Shown in pieces: positions 12,341-26,110 of a stretch of 64,000 bases of DNA; position 1 is the first letter of the stretch; every line of letters starts with the position of its first letter. The notes under the pieces were generated by a model that saw only the letters and a program-made list of their open reading frames with translations, was not told the DNA's origin and searched no databases. The DNA is taken from the NCBI RefSeq assembly GCF_964213995.1, contig NW_027590120.1, positions 124,001 to 188,000 on the forward strand, in the 5' to 3' direction. Source of the stretch: Mustelus asterias. Taxonomy: Eukaryota. Both the position numbers and the translations under genes were made by a program.

Positions 12341-13297
12341 TACAAATGCAGAAGCGTAGCCAAAACAAAATTAATTTGCTTTTATCCAAAGCAGCGCAAA
12401 TATCTCTCGCAAAAGTTGAAATTGTTGAAAAAGCTCAACACACAACATTTGTGTATTAATGCTCCTGGAAAATATCCACCCAATATTTCTAACTCGACTA
12501 TTTGGAACCGGGGCGTTTTGTGTATAAAGTACAGATATTAGCCGCGACACTACATGAAGAATGCTGAGAGCCAAGCTGAACGAACGAGGATATCACATTT
12601 TACAGACTCATTGAAATTCAGAACCTTCTAACAGAGGAAGGGGAAATACTCCACAGGGAGACGGAGAAACCGAGTCTCAGTGTGGGTCTGGTGAATCCTT
12701 TACTTTCTTATTCAGTATGGAATTAAGAGGCAGGAAGTGGATGTAGCGCCAGAATGCGAAAGATGCCATCAGACGATTCGAAAGAAGAGCGGGGGAGTTC
12801 TCGCCGCTGTCTATAGCAATATTGTTGACTCTTAAATGCCTCTGAAATTACCTAGTTTAGTGAGGGATGGGTAACTTTACAAATGAAGAAAGATTAGAGC
12901 AGTTGGGGTTGGTTTTTCTTGACGGGAATGTACAGAGCTGACCTGATCGAGGCATTCAAAATCATAAAGTGTTGATGGAGAGGGTCTGTTCACATTGATA
13001 GACGGATTTTGTACCAGAGGGCGCAGATTGAATGTAATTGGCAAAAGAAACATGGAGACACAACGAAAACCGTTTTCATACAGTGACTGAATCAGATCGG
13101 GAATCTGATGTTTGAGAGTATGGTGGAGGCAGGATCAATTGATGCAGGATTATTATCAGAAATGAACAAAAGTGCTGGACTGCGAGGTATAGCGTTATTG
13201 GATTACTTGCTTCTTTAGAGGGCCAGCACATACACTACGGGCCAAATGGCCTTTTTCTCTGTTATTCTCTAAGTATTCCATGACTTCTGGCAGGGCA

Positions 13298-13491
13298 TGA
13301 TGTAGAAATGCCGGTGTTGGACTGGAGTGAACAAGATGAGAAGACACACGACACCAGGTTATAATCCAACAGGTCAATTTGAAATCACAAGCTTTGGGAG
13401 CGCTGCTCTTTCTTCTCCTGACGAACGAGCAGCGCCCCGAAAGCTTGTTATTTCATATCAACCTGTTGGACTATAACCTGGCGTCGTGTGA
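13298..13491. mobile_element. Palindromic Penelope-like terminal-repeat element with a hammerhead ribozyme core
   Basis: Inverted arms ~13344-13408 and ~13425-13490; CTGACGA-stem-GAAA at ~13418-13442. Confidence 0.7.
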
Positions 13492-13848
13492 TCTCTCATG
13501 TTGGCAGGGGAGACAGTGGCATAGTGGTATTATTATTGGGCTGATAATTCCGAGGCCGAGACTATGTTCTCAGGTCGAGTTTCCGTAACGTTGGCCATGA
13601 GACTATTGTCCTAAAGAACACATCTGCTTTGCAAGTGTCCAGTAATGGTAAATCTTCCACCTTTACTCAGTTTGGCCCATTTGTGTCTCCCGGCGCACAT
13701 AACTGCCCTCTGAGTTTGCCTAGAAAGCCAATAAAATCATCCTATTAGAGATTGCCAACAAATGCTGGCCTTGCAAGCGAGGCACACATCCCAGGAAACA
13801 AAGAGCTAAAATTGTCATTTTCACAACATCGGCAATAGAAACGTGTGT

Positions 13849-13862
13849 CCACCAGATGGCAG
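13849..13862 (+). promoter_or_regulatory. Candidate CTCF site
   Basis: CCACCAGATGGCAG matches the CTCF core consensus. Confidence 0.45.
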
Positions 13863-14611
13863 TGAAACCGCGATTGTTGTCACCTTAAGCAAATTATCTC
13901 AATTATCATTGCAATGGACTCAGTCTCTGCTAATCTTGAACTGGACCCAATCTCTGTTTATATGACACTAAATCATTTTTCTGATTATATGAGAAAAATT
14001 TTCAGTTGTTTCAGTACTCTGCAAAATCCTAGTAATTACTATACTGAACGAAGCCTCAGCTGATATGCAACAACCGTGAATTACATCTCGGCTAATATTA
14101 TAAAACTCCATATCTCAATTTTTACTTCACTAGACCCTTTCTCTCCTGATAATGCAACTGAACATGTTACCGTTTGCTTTAGACGAGACTCGGTCTCAGT
14201 TATTACATTGCTAGGACCTGTCACGTATGTACTAACATCGAAAATATCTCAATCACTGTTGTACCAGTCCATGTTCCTGTTTATACCGAACAACAACCTG
14301 TCTCTGTTATTATTGTCCTGTGTCATGTTCTTGCACAGTTGCACTTGTCCATGTCAAAGCTATTTTAATCTAAGACCTTAGTCTGAAATTACCATATCTG
14401 ACTTTGTCTCTATTTATATTGCACAGTTCGTGGAATCAGATAAAACTACATTAAGCCCTGTGGCAGTTTTATGATGCTGGATGACATCACCGTCATTATT
14501 GGGCTGGACCACGCCCCTGTTTGTTTTACACATCTCAGTTATTATTGTACTCGGCACTGCCTACATTTAATTCCTCTTGACTATATCTTTGTTGGTATCA
14601 CACTCGCTCTT

Positions 14612-15237
14612 GTCTTTGATTTGATTTGATTTGATTTATTATTGTCACACGTGTTAACATACAGTGAAAAGTATTGTTTCTTGTGCGCTATACAGACTAA
14701 AACATTACCTTCATAAAGAAGGAAACGAGAGAGTACAGAATGTAGTGTTACAGTCATAGTTAGGGTGTAGAGAAAGGTCAACTTAATGCAAGGTAAGTCC
14801 ATTCAAATGTCTGACAGCAGCAGGGAAGAAGCTGTTCTTGAGTTGGTGCGTGACCACAGACTTTTGTATCTTTTTTCCCGAAGGAAGAAGTTGGGAGAGA
14901 GAATGTCCGGGTTGTGTGGGGTCATTAATTATGCTGGCTGTTTTGCCGAGGCAGCGGGAAGTGTAGACAGAGACAACGGTTGGGAGGCTGGTTTGCGTGA
15001 TGGATTGGGCTACATTCGCGATCTTTTGTAGTTGCTTGCGGTCTTGGGCAGAGCAGGAGCCATACCAAGCTGTGATACAACCAGAAAGAATGTTTTCCAT
15101 GTGACAGTTGTAAAAGCTGCTGAGTGTCATAGCTGACATGCCAAATTTCCTTAGTCTTCTGAGAAAGTAGAGGCGTTGGTGGGCTTTCTTAACTATAATG
15201 TCGGCATGGGGTAATCAGGACAGGTTGCTGGTGATCC
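14612..15237 (-). mobile_element. Rex1/Babar-like LINE, 3' fragment
   Basis: ORF 14783-15139 (FY.C..E.ILSGCITAWYG...KNSFFP.A.R.LN) and a (TCAAA)n tail. Confidence 0.8.
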
Positions 15238-15296
15238 ATCTGGCAGTGTAATAACTGAGACAGAATCTCGCCTGATGCAAACAGTAACATGTTATA

Positions 15297-16575
15297 AATT
15301 GTCCCATTGGTAAGGTGCAGCTTGGGATCATGAAGGGCAGGTCATGTTTGACTAATTTGGTGGAATTCTTTGAGAACATTACATGTGCAGTGGACAAGGG
15401 AAACCTGTGGATGTGGTGTATCTGGATTTCCAGAAGGCATTTGAGGAGATGCCGCCCCAAAGACTGCTACATAAGATAAAGGTGCACGGTGTTACGGGTA
15501 ATGTATTAGCATGGATAGATGATTGGTTAACTAACAAAAAGCAAAGGGCGGGGGTAAATGGGTGTTTTTCTGGTTGGCGATCAGTGACTAGTGGTGTGCC
15601 TCAGGGATCAGTGTTGGGACTGCAATTGTTTATGATTTACATCGATGATTTGAAGTTGGGGACCAAGTATAGTGTGTCAAAATTCGCAGATGACACTAAG
15701 ATGGGTGGAAGAGCAAAGTGTAGAGGACGCTGAAAGTGTAAATGAGTAGGCGAGCGTCTGGCAGATGGAGTACAATGTTGGTAAATGTGAGGTCGTCCAT
15801 TTTGATAGGAATAACAGCAAAATGGACTAGCATTTAAATGGTAAAAAATTGCAACATGCTGCTGTGCAGAGGGACCTGGGTGTCTCAAGGAGTTGGTTTG
15901 CAGGTGCAGCAGGTAATTAAGACGGCAAATTGAATTTGCTAGAGGGATGGGATTTAAAAACAGCGAGGTTATGTTGTAGCTGTGTAAGGTGCTGGTGAGG
16001 CCACACTTGGTGTACTGTGTACAGTTTTGGTCTCCTTACTTGAGAAAGGATATACTGGCACTGGAGGGAGTGAAGAGGAAATTCACTGGTTTGATTCCGG
16101 AGTTGAGAGGGTTGGCTTATGAGGAGAGACTGAATAGACTGGGGCTATACTCATTGGAATTCAGAAGAATGAGGGAAGATCTCATAGAAGCATATAAGAT
16201 TATGAAGGGAACAGATAAGATAGAAGCAGGGAAGTTGCTTCCACTGGCGGGTGAAACTAGAACTCGGAGGCGTAGCCTCAAAATAAGGGGAAGCAGATTT
16301 AGGACTGAGTTGAAGAGAAACTTCTTGACACAAAGTGTTGTGAATCTGTGGAACTGCCCGCCCAGTGAAGCAGCTGAGGCTACCTCATTGAATGTTTTTA
16401 ACGCAAGGATAGATAAAGTTTTGATCAGTAAAGGAATTAAGGGTTATGGTGAGCGGGCGGGTAAGTGGAACTGAGCTCACAAAAACATCAGCCATGATCA
16501 TATTGATTGGCGGAGCAGGTTGGATGGCGCCAGATAGCCTCCTCCTGCTCCTCGTTCGTGTGTTCTTATGTTTTT
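15297..16575 (+). mobile_element. CR1-clade LINE, 5'-truncated and decayed
   Basis: [35 protein letters not shown]; short-repeat tail. Confidence 0.9.
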
Positions 16576-18433
16576 TATGTGCAGTTGCAATATCAGGAGA
16601 GACAGGGTCTTGTGAAGTGACAATTGAGATATGGAGTTTTACAATCGCCAACATTTCTCCAACCACCTGTCCTTGTCCATGTCTCTGTTTATATTACTTT
16701 GGTGCATATCTCAGTTTATATTATACTAGAGCCTGTCTCAGTTGATATTATAGTGGCCATTTTCTCTGTTTATATTACAAAACAATGCACGCTATTATTA
16801 CGCTCGACCCTCTTTCGGCAATTACTGAACTGGACCCAATCTCCCTTCATTTTATTACAGGTGCGGTATCAATAACTGCTGCACGCAGTCCTTTCTCTGT
16901 ATTATTGCACAAAAGCCTGTCCTTCGTTGATATTAAAACTGACTATGATCACTGTATTAGCCATGCTAAATTGCCCCTTACAGTCGAAAGATATGCAGGT
17001 TATTTGTATCGACCATTTTAAATGCACGGGGTTTAAGGGATCGGACAAAGAGGAGGGCCTAAGTGGAATGCAGACGCAGTGGGCCAGATGGCCTCTTTCA
17101 GCACTTTAGGGTTCTATGGATCTATGTCCGTGAAATATCACATCAGTTCTCGCCTTAGATATTTGAGAGCTTACTTACTTGAACTATTCTCTTTTCTAAT
17201 GACCCACTTTGGAAAAAATGATAAAAAAAACAAATTACTGCTGTGCTGGAATCTGAAACAAAAACAGAAAATGCTGGAAAATCTCAGCAGGCCTGGAGAA
17301 AATTATTTTTTCTTTTAGCAATTTCTACTCAATTGTCACAGTGATAACCTTCAAACAATTTCGACCCTCTGTGATTGTATGAAAATGCCATTCAGTTCAT
17401 GTATTTCAATTGAAGATTATTTAACGCTGTAACTATTTACCGATAACCATTCTGTGGTGCACCCTTGTTTATAAAGTGATTTCAGATTGTCTATTTCGTT
17501 CTCAGTGTTGACATATCTGTCTTTAGCGATCAGTTGTAAAATGGATTAAATCACATTTATATTGCACCATGCCTGGAATCAGATAAAACTACATTAAGCC
17601 CTGTGTCAGTTTTATGATGCTGCATGCCATCACCGTCACTATTGGGCTGGACCATGCCCCTGTTTGTTTTACACATTATCTCAATTATTATTGTACTCGG
17701 CACTGCCTACATTTAATTCCTCTTGACTATGTCTTTGTTGATATCACACTAGCTCATGTCTTTGATTTGCTTTGATTTATTATTGTCACATTAACAGACA
17801 GTGAAAAGTATTGTTTCTTGCACGCTATACAGACAGATAATGACGAGCAGATTACTGACAAATGATCATCTAGGCGTTTCACTTACACTTCTGAAATAAC
17901 ACTCAAATGTGTGCTGATTTGTGAAAATTATGGCAAAAATGAACCTGGGCCTATAACTGACAGGAGATAAATACACCTGTAATTCGCAGACTTCATATCC
18001 CTATTGATGAAAAGGATTGAAACATCTGCTGCTCTCCAGAGAATGTTCAATATTTCTGTTTAAGAAGTTAATGTTAAAGTTCATTGATTCGTCACAAGTC
18101 AGGCTCACATTAACACTGCAATGAAGTTGCTGTGAAATTCTCCTGTTCGCTTCAATGCACGTAACCAGCACGTCTTTCAAACTGTGGGAGGAAACCCACG
18201 CAGACACGGGAGATACTTAACCGTTACCTTCACCAATTGCATGATCATCACCCTTAATATATTGGACTGATTCGACGCCCTGTGGATTGTACAGTCGAGA
18301 AAATCTAATATGAAATGAGTCAAGATCAGGTGCATCATAAAGAGAGACCAGGCCTTCTGTAATATACACAGCGGTCGGGGCTGGTGAACATGCACTGCAA
18401 CGGTTTAAGACGGCAACTCGTCACTCATCACAA

Positions 18434-18778
18434 GGGCGGCACGGTAGCACAGTGGTTAGCATTGCTGCTTCACAGCTCCAGGGACCTGGGTTCGATTCCC
18501 GGCTTGGGCCTCTGTCTGTGTGGAGTTTGCACATTCTACTCGTGTCTGTGTGGGTTTCCTCCGGGTGCTCCGGTTTCCTCCCACAGTCCAAAGATGTGCG
18601 GGTTAGGTTGATTGGCCATGCTAAAGTTGTCCCTTAGTGTCCTGAGATGCGTAGGTTAGAGGGATTAGCAGGTAAATATGTAGTGGTATGGGAGTCGTGC
18701 CTGGGTGGGATTGTGGTCGGTGCAGACTCGATGGGCCAAATGGCCTCTTTCTGCACTGTAGGGTTTTTATGACTTCTG
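18434..18778 (+). mobile_element. HE1-type SINE
   Basis: GGGCGGCACGGTAGCACAGTGG (A-box), GGTTCGATTCC (B-box); same body as 9814-10144. Confidence 0.88.
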
Positions 18779-21473
18779 TGACCACTTTCTCTGGGGAAAT
18801 TAGAGATGAGCAACGATGCTGACCATTCCCAGCACCGCCCGCAACCCATAAATGATGAATATAGACAGATATGCCAGCGCAATGATACAATAAACTGCCC
18901 GTGAGAGTAACATAAACAAATATTGGAACAAGAAATACCTGCTCTAACATTAGAATAAACAGTAAAGTTATTTGTGTGATCGTTCCAGAAAAAAAAACAT
19001 TTTGTCTAATTGTAACTGGGAGGAGTCAAATATACCAAACCAGAGATAGATCCTTATTCAGAACTGATTAGGTAACGTTTTGAACAATAATCGTAAAGAA
19101 TTAGAGTATTGGAATTTGAATTACCCGTTTAGCAGAAACTGCGGGCTTGTGGAAATACTGGTGCTTAACATAAGAAAGCAATGATTCTTAGAGCCTTATC
19201 GCAGGTTTCTGAGTCATTGTGAGTGACCCAGGAATTTGTGTGGCAAACACGGAGTGGAAACACGATTTAAAAAACGCAGAAATGACTGACTCCGCCTGAC
19301 AAACGACTGATATTCTCAAGGGGAGGACTATCATGGCAGACTCTAGACATTTTTGATATTTGAGGTGAAAACGGTGAATCTGTCAGAGGAACAGAAAATC
19401 ATATGTTCTCTCTCATTCTTACCATAGTTCGCTACTTACACAGACAGATCAATGTCAGAACCAGCAGCTTGTACAAGCGAGGGTTTAAATATTCAGCTGA
19501 GGACATTTGATGACTCAGAAGTTAAAACATCAAAACCTTATGGGAGCAAAAAATAGTGCAACAAAAATTTAAGGTAATTCTGCTTTTCCGAAACAAGTTC
19601 AATCTCGTGTTACTCTGCTCAAAGCGATGGATTGTAAATAGTAATCAATTTCTGAATGGTCCCTGGCAATTATCCGCATACACACTCAAGTTCCGTCGAA
19701 AGACAGGATTAGCACAATACGTCAGCTGTATAAATATACGATTTTATTCAGTCTCAATAAAGAGCAGGGATAGATAGAGAAAGGATGTTAAAACAATGAA
19801 AGGGAGCAAGCTATCATTTCCCGGCTTCAGAGAACAGAGGGAGCTCAGTGACTGATCCACTGAACATCCGGTTACGTCCTGGAATGGAAGCTCTGAACAG
19901 ATCACAACAGGCTTATTTGTAAATGTCACTACAATGTGATCTGTGTGACTCTGCCCTGACTCTGTAGACAGATATAGGCCGCATTGCCAGATGTTGTCAC
20001 CAGATTGTGGTCCCTGGATTTATTTTCTGCTCAGACGTGAGATGTGCGGTTTGGAACCGGCAGCATAGAAACAGGAAGTTGTATTACCTGAGAATAGAAC
20101 AGGCGGCGTCAGTTTGATGTTATCACCGTGAACAGTCTTCTGGCCTGTGAGGGTGACTTCGCTCTGACAGCATCAAAAGCAACCACAAATATTGCTGCCA
20201 GTCTCAGCATGACATTCACCTCCATTCCCAGTTGAAACAAAAACAGAAATAACAATATTTGGGTGTTAACGCATCAACTGAAAGGACATAATGATTGGGA
20301 GAAAAGAGGGCAAATTCAACCAACGATTTGGCCCACAGAGGTATTCTAAAATAGAAAGTTTTAAGTGTGTTTGGTGTTTTGTGAGAGAAAGCGAGGCGAC
20401 AGATTAAGTGTGTGAAGTAATCTGTTTCTAGCACTGAATTTTCCTCTGATGAGATTTTTGTGATTTATCTTTTCAGGCACAAAGTCTCTTTAGTTGCCTC
20501 CCGCAGCCCAAAGAGGTGCAGCTTAAGTGGATTGGTCATGCTAAATTGCCCCTCAGTGTCTATTTGCAGTGCAACTTTGCACGTTTGTTTTTGTTCCTCA
20601 ATTTCTTTTGAATAAGAGAATATTACGGGAATCACCCGTCTTTCAACAAAATATTACGCACAATACGAGAACAATTAGATATTTTACACAGCACCTCACA
20701 ACTCGACGCATATTCCTCCAACCAAAAATAATTGTCCCTTTCACCCACAGACCCATTTTTTAAAGGTAATATCCATCTATTCACCGAGCTCGCTCTGTCT
20801 CTCTATCAGGGGCTTTTTATCGTAAAGTAAGAACTGACACTGTCTGATTCATTATCGGAGGAGTGAACCTGAGGAATGCTCCAGAATAGAAGGCTATTGA
20901 TGTCAATTGACTGAATATAAACAAGAAAGAGATAGTCTGTTTGGATTTTAATGTTATGATGGGCTGTGGGCAGAAATCAGGAATGTGGCCTTGAGATAGA
21001 GGATGAGCCATGATCATGTTGAATGGAGGCGCTGGCTCGAAGGACCCAGTGGCCCACTCCTGTTCACATTTTATAAGTTCCTATGTTTACCCTGTCTGTC
21101 CCACATGTCTCTCCAGTTCCACAGTTCCTCTGAAATAGTAGAAAGAGCCATTCAGCTATATCAAGCCTGCTGTAGAAAGTCAAACAATAATAAAACCGAC
21201 TAGAGGGCAGGTTTTCATAAAGGTGGTTCACAACCACCTTCTCAAGACGGGCTTTTAATGCTGACTTTGTCAGTGATGTCGAGATCCAGGGAATGAGCAA
21301 AACAGTGCAAAGTACTACAGATTTCGCAAAACGAAAAAACAACAAAAATGCAACTCAGCACGTCAGTCGGCATTTGCAGAGAGAGAGAAGCAGATTCACA
21401 TTTCGGGTTGATGACCGGGTACACAGTCTCACTGATATAATTCTAAAAAGCAGGACAAATTTGTTTGACACTA

Positions 21474-24072
21474 GTTTAAACTAGTATGGCAGGGGGGTGA
21501 GGATCAAAATATTAGGTCTACAGGTGTGGAGGCTGGGGACGAGCTTGGGGCTGGGACAAGGCTGGCAAAGAAGAAGAGCACTCTGGGGGAGGACGACCTC
21601 ACTGGGCCTGGAGGTCTGGAGTGCTTATACTTCAATGCAAGGAGCGTAGCAGGTAAGACAGACGAACTTGGGGCCTTAATGCGCACGAGGAATGTGGATG
21701 TGGTTGCGGTGACAGAGACTTGGTTGAAAGAGGGACAGGACTGGCAGCTGAATATTCCGGGGTACAAGTGTTTTAGGCGAGACAGAGGAGGGGCCAAAAG
21801 AGGTGGGGGAGTAGCGGTATTAGTTGGAGAGCATATTACAGCGGTGCAGAGGGAGGACAATTCAGAGGGGTCGTGTAACGAGTCACTCTGGGTGGAGCTT
21901 AGAAACAGGAAAGGCGCAGTCACTATGTTGGGGGTGTACTACAGGCCCCCCAACAGCCCAAGGGAAGTGGAAGAATGGATATGTCAGGAGATACTGGATA
22001 GTTGCAGGAAAAATAGGGTTGTTGTAGTGGGAGACTTCAATTTCCCTGGTATAGACTGGAAATCGCTGAGGGCAGGGACTCTGGATGGGGAGGAATTTGT
22101 AAAATGTGTACAGGAGGCTTCGTTGGAACAATATGTAGACAGTCCGACTAGAGAGGGGTCTATACTGGACCTGGTACTGGGGAATGAGCCCGGTCAGGTC
22201 TTCAAAGTTTCGGTAGGGGAACATGTGGCAAATAGTGACCACAATTCTGTTAGCTTTAGGATAGTGATGGAAAAGGATGAGTGGTGTCCCAAAGGTAAGG
22301 TGTTGGATTGGGGGAAGGCTAACTTTAGTGGGATCAGGCAGAAATTGGCAGTTCTTGATTGGGAGAGGCTGTTTGAGGGAAAATCCACATCTGGTATGTG
22401 GCAGTCTTTTAAGGAACGGTTGTTAGGGCTACAGGACAAGCATGTGCCTGTAAAAAAGAAGGATAGGAAGGGTAGGATTAGAGAACCGTGGATAACCAGG
22501 GAAATTGAGGGACTGGTCAAAAAGAAAAGAGAGGCGTATGTTAGGTCCAAGCAGCTAAAAACGGAGGGAGCTCTGGAGGAGTACAAAGAAAGTAGGAAAG
22601 TACTCAAACGGGGAATTAGAAGAGCAAAAAGGGGTCACGAAATGTTCTTGGCAGACAGGATTAAGGAGAATCCCAAGGCATTTTATTCATACGTTAGGAA
22701 CAAAAGGGTTGTTAGGGAAAAAATCGGACCTCTCAGGGACAAAAGTGGGGCCTTATGCTTGGAGCCCAAAGAAGTAGGGGAGATCCTAAATAAATACTTT
22801 GCGTCGGTATTCACAAAGGAGAGGGATGTGTTGACTGGGAGTGTCTCGGAGGGGAGTGTTGAACCGTTGGAGAAAATCTCCATTACAAAGGAGGAAGTGT
22901 TAGGTTTGTTAGAGAATATAAAGACTGACAAATCCCCAGGGCCTGATGGAATCTATCCAAGGCTGCTCAGGGAGACGAGAGGTGAAATTGTTGGGCCTCT
23001 GACGCAAATCTTTGTCTCGTCACTGGACGCAGGTGAGGTCCCAGAGGATTGGAGGATAGCTAATGTGATCCCGTTATTTAAGAAGGGTTGGAAGGATAAC
23101 CCGGGTAATTATAGGCCGGTGAGCTTGACGTCCGTGGTGGGGAAGTTGTTGGAGAAGATTCTTAGAGATAGGATGTATGCGCATTTAGAAAGGAATAAAC
23201 TCATTAACGATAGTCAGCATGGTTTTGTGAGAGGGAGGTCATGCCTCACTAACCTGGTGGTGTTTTTTGAAGAAGTGACCAGAATGGTTGACGAAGGAAG
23301 GGCCGTGGATGTTGTCTATATGGACTTTAGTAAAGCGTTTGACAAAGTCCCTCATGGTAGGCTAGTGAAAAAGGTTGGATCTCATGGGATAAAGGGGGAG
23401 GTGGCTAGATGGGTGGAGAACTGGCTTGGTCATAGAAGACAGAGGGTGGTAGTGGAAGGGTCTTTTTCCGGCTGGAGGCCTGTGACTAGTGGTGTTCCGC
23501 AGGGCTCTGTATTGGGACCTCTGCTGTTTGTGATTTATATAAATGATCTGGAAGAAGGAGTAACTGGGGTGATCAGTAAGTTTGCGGTCGATCATCTTGC
23601 TGGTGCCAGTACAGAGCGAAACTGCGGATAGTTGGGAACCTGTCTCGGGGGCAGGGAATTCAGATGGTGTTCGTAAAGCAGAAGTGGAAATGAATAGGTT
23701 TGGGAAGCATTTTCTGACCAGGGCCAGTGTGATCTCCTGGACTCGTTTCGATCGCCTCAGGGGTTCGGAGAGGAATTTCCCAGATTTTTTTTTCCCCATA
23801 TTGGCCCTGGGGTTTTCACTCTGGGTTTTCGCCTCTCCCTGGAGATCACATGGTCTGGAATGGGGGGGTGGGGGTGAGTTAATAGGTTGTGATGAACAAA
23901 GCATCGTAGCTGTGAGGGACAGCTCGGTGGATAGGATATTAGGATGTAGATAGGCTGGAAAATTGGGCGGGGATCCTGGATTCAGGATTCAATCCTGGAC
24001 CGGGTAGCGGCGCGGGCTTGGAGGGCCGAAGGGCCTGTTCCTGTGCTGTATTGTTCTTTGTTCTTTGTTCTT
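21474..24072 (+). mobile_element. Young CR1/HER1-like LINE; ORF2 (APE endonuclease plus RT) open from 21526 but broken at the FADD motif
   Basis: [49 protein letters not shown]; KFA|VDH in place of KFADD; (GTTCTTT)n tail. Confidence 0.92.
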
Positions 24073-24723
24073 GTTCTATTTCCCCAGTATCCTGAACCAA
24101 TATTCATTCTTCAACAAAAATTACAAATTCACTGGTCATTTATCACATCTCGGACTGTGGGAGCTTGCTATATACAAATTAAGTGCTGAATTTTCAAAAT
24201 TACAGTCGTGCGTAAATTCAGCATAAGTACATCGGTGTGCCTTAAGTGCTTTGGGCCGATTTGAGTTCGGGAAAACAAGTTTTATATATGCAAGCTATTT
24301 CCAAATGTTAACATTTAAAAATGCAAGTTTGAAGTATTGAAACCTCTGAGTTTAATGCACTTATTGTCACGCATTCTCTTCATATTTTAATTTACTTCGT
24401 TTTAGTAAATAAAATCGTCAATTAAATTGAAATCTTGTGGGATACCAGATCGTTCAAAAATGCTTTATTGATTGTGACATCAGAGCATTCACAGCTAATT
24501 CTTAATTGGAATGCAGTTTTATTTGAATTAAACAGCATCTGGTGTAATGGATCTTCAAGAAGTTTCCATTCATTTTGAACCAACTGCTAATCTTCTTAAA
24601 ATAAACTGCTATTTTGAGTTGCAAATGATCAATAAGTGACTGCTTATCTGATTTTGCTGCCATGTGAGGTTTTTATGTAAATAAACACAGAAATAGAAAT
24701 CCCCGATTAGAATGTGGGGTGAC

Positions 24724-25355
24724 AAAAACACAACAAAAGTTTCGCCACTAAAACGGCACAGAAATAGAGACAAACAATTAAACGAGAAAAACGTCATTAT
24801 TAGATCTATGTTTAGAATTAGGGAAGATTCTATCTCATCTAGAAGTATAATGACAATTATATTTTGTTTGTGGAGATTTTCTGTGTTTCACCTCTGTGCC
24901 TTTCTCCTGTCTGAAAGCTCTGATGACACATTCAATAAAGCATCTTTGAACAGTCTGGTATCCCACTGGATGTCAACTTAATTGACGATTTTATCTACGT
25001 AAATGAAGCAAATTAAAACACGAGGCAGAGGAGTGACTATAATTGCAGAAAGTTCAGAGCTTTCAAAATATCATTTTCAAGTGTTAACATTTGGAAACAA
25101 ATCAATCAACGGATTCCAGAAGTGATTGTCTTTGGACATTGTTTTCTTCATCAGTTATATGAGAAAAACACAACAAAAATTTCGCCACCAAAATGGCACA
25201 GAAATAGAGAGAAACAATTAAACGAGAAAGACGTCATTATTATATCTATGTTCAGAATTAGGGAAGATTCCCTCTAATCTAGAAATATAATGACACAGCA
25301 ATTTTGTTTGTCGAGATTTCCTGTGTTTCATCTCTCTCTCTGTCTTTCTCCTGTC
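24724..25355 (+). repeat. Direct repeat of ~190 bp (~24724-24915 and ~25164-25355)
   Basis: Both begin AAAAACACAACAAAA.TTTCGCCAC and align through TTTCTCCTGTCTG. Confidence 0.8.
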
Positions 25356-25469
25356 TGGTTCTGTGTCTTGTCTCTCCATGATCGGTCATTATCTTCACTC
25401 TACAATATAAAGTCAATGTCTACCCAATGTATTCTTTCACCTGAGTCATCGGCCTCCAAAAAGATGTAA

Positions 25470-26110
25470 TTTAGTGATTTGGAACCCATAGAGGGAGCAT
25501 TCTTCTCAATGATCTCTTGAGCATTCAATGACCTTGGAGTGTTTGATAAGACGGTAGCTGACATTTCCATTTGTATCTCATCTGGGCAGTAAATAATGAT
25601 GATGACGTTATGTGGCAGTACCGAAGGAACTTACCCTGTATCTAAACCGTGCCGTCGCAACCCTTGGAGTAATTGATCGGGCAGTGTAGGGGAATGTTTA
25701 CTTTCCATCTAACCTTCCCTGCAGCTTCTCTGCGAATATTTGATATAATTGTGTAACGGGAGATTTAATCTGTATTTAATCACTGTTGTACCTGATCTGC
25801 GTTTGTATAGTGGGATAGTGTAGAGGGGGCATTACCCTGTACCTACCATCAGTGCAAACCTGCCTTGAAACTCTCTGAAGGAAGAGTGCAAAGGACGTTT
25901 ACCTAGTCTAGAGCTCCTGGTCTGCATACCTTCACTATGTTTGAGTTTCTTACCAGTCCACGTGCTCCAGATCTGTTTGATGGGACAGTGTAGAGTGAGC
26001 TTCACTTTGTGTATAACCAGTGCTGCACCTGCCCTGGGAGTGTTTAATGTGGCAATGTAGAGGGAGCCTTACATTCTTTACCTAACATCTTGGAACTGTT
26101 TGATCAGGCA
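25470..26110. repeat. Decayed ~65-bp tandem satellite
   Basis: Recurring TTTGATGGGACAGTGTAGAGGGAGCTTTACTCTGTATCTAACC...CCCTGGGAGTG variants. Confidence 0.7.

Noticed and set aside
12490-12560. Possible tRNA-Val(TAC) relic on the minus strand
   Set aside because: Too degenerate to support by eye.
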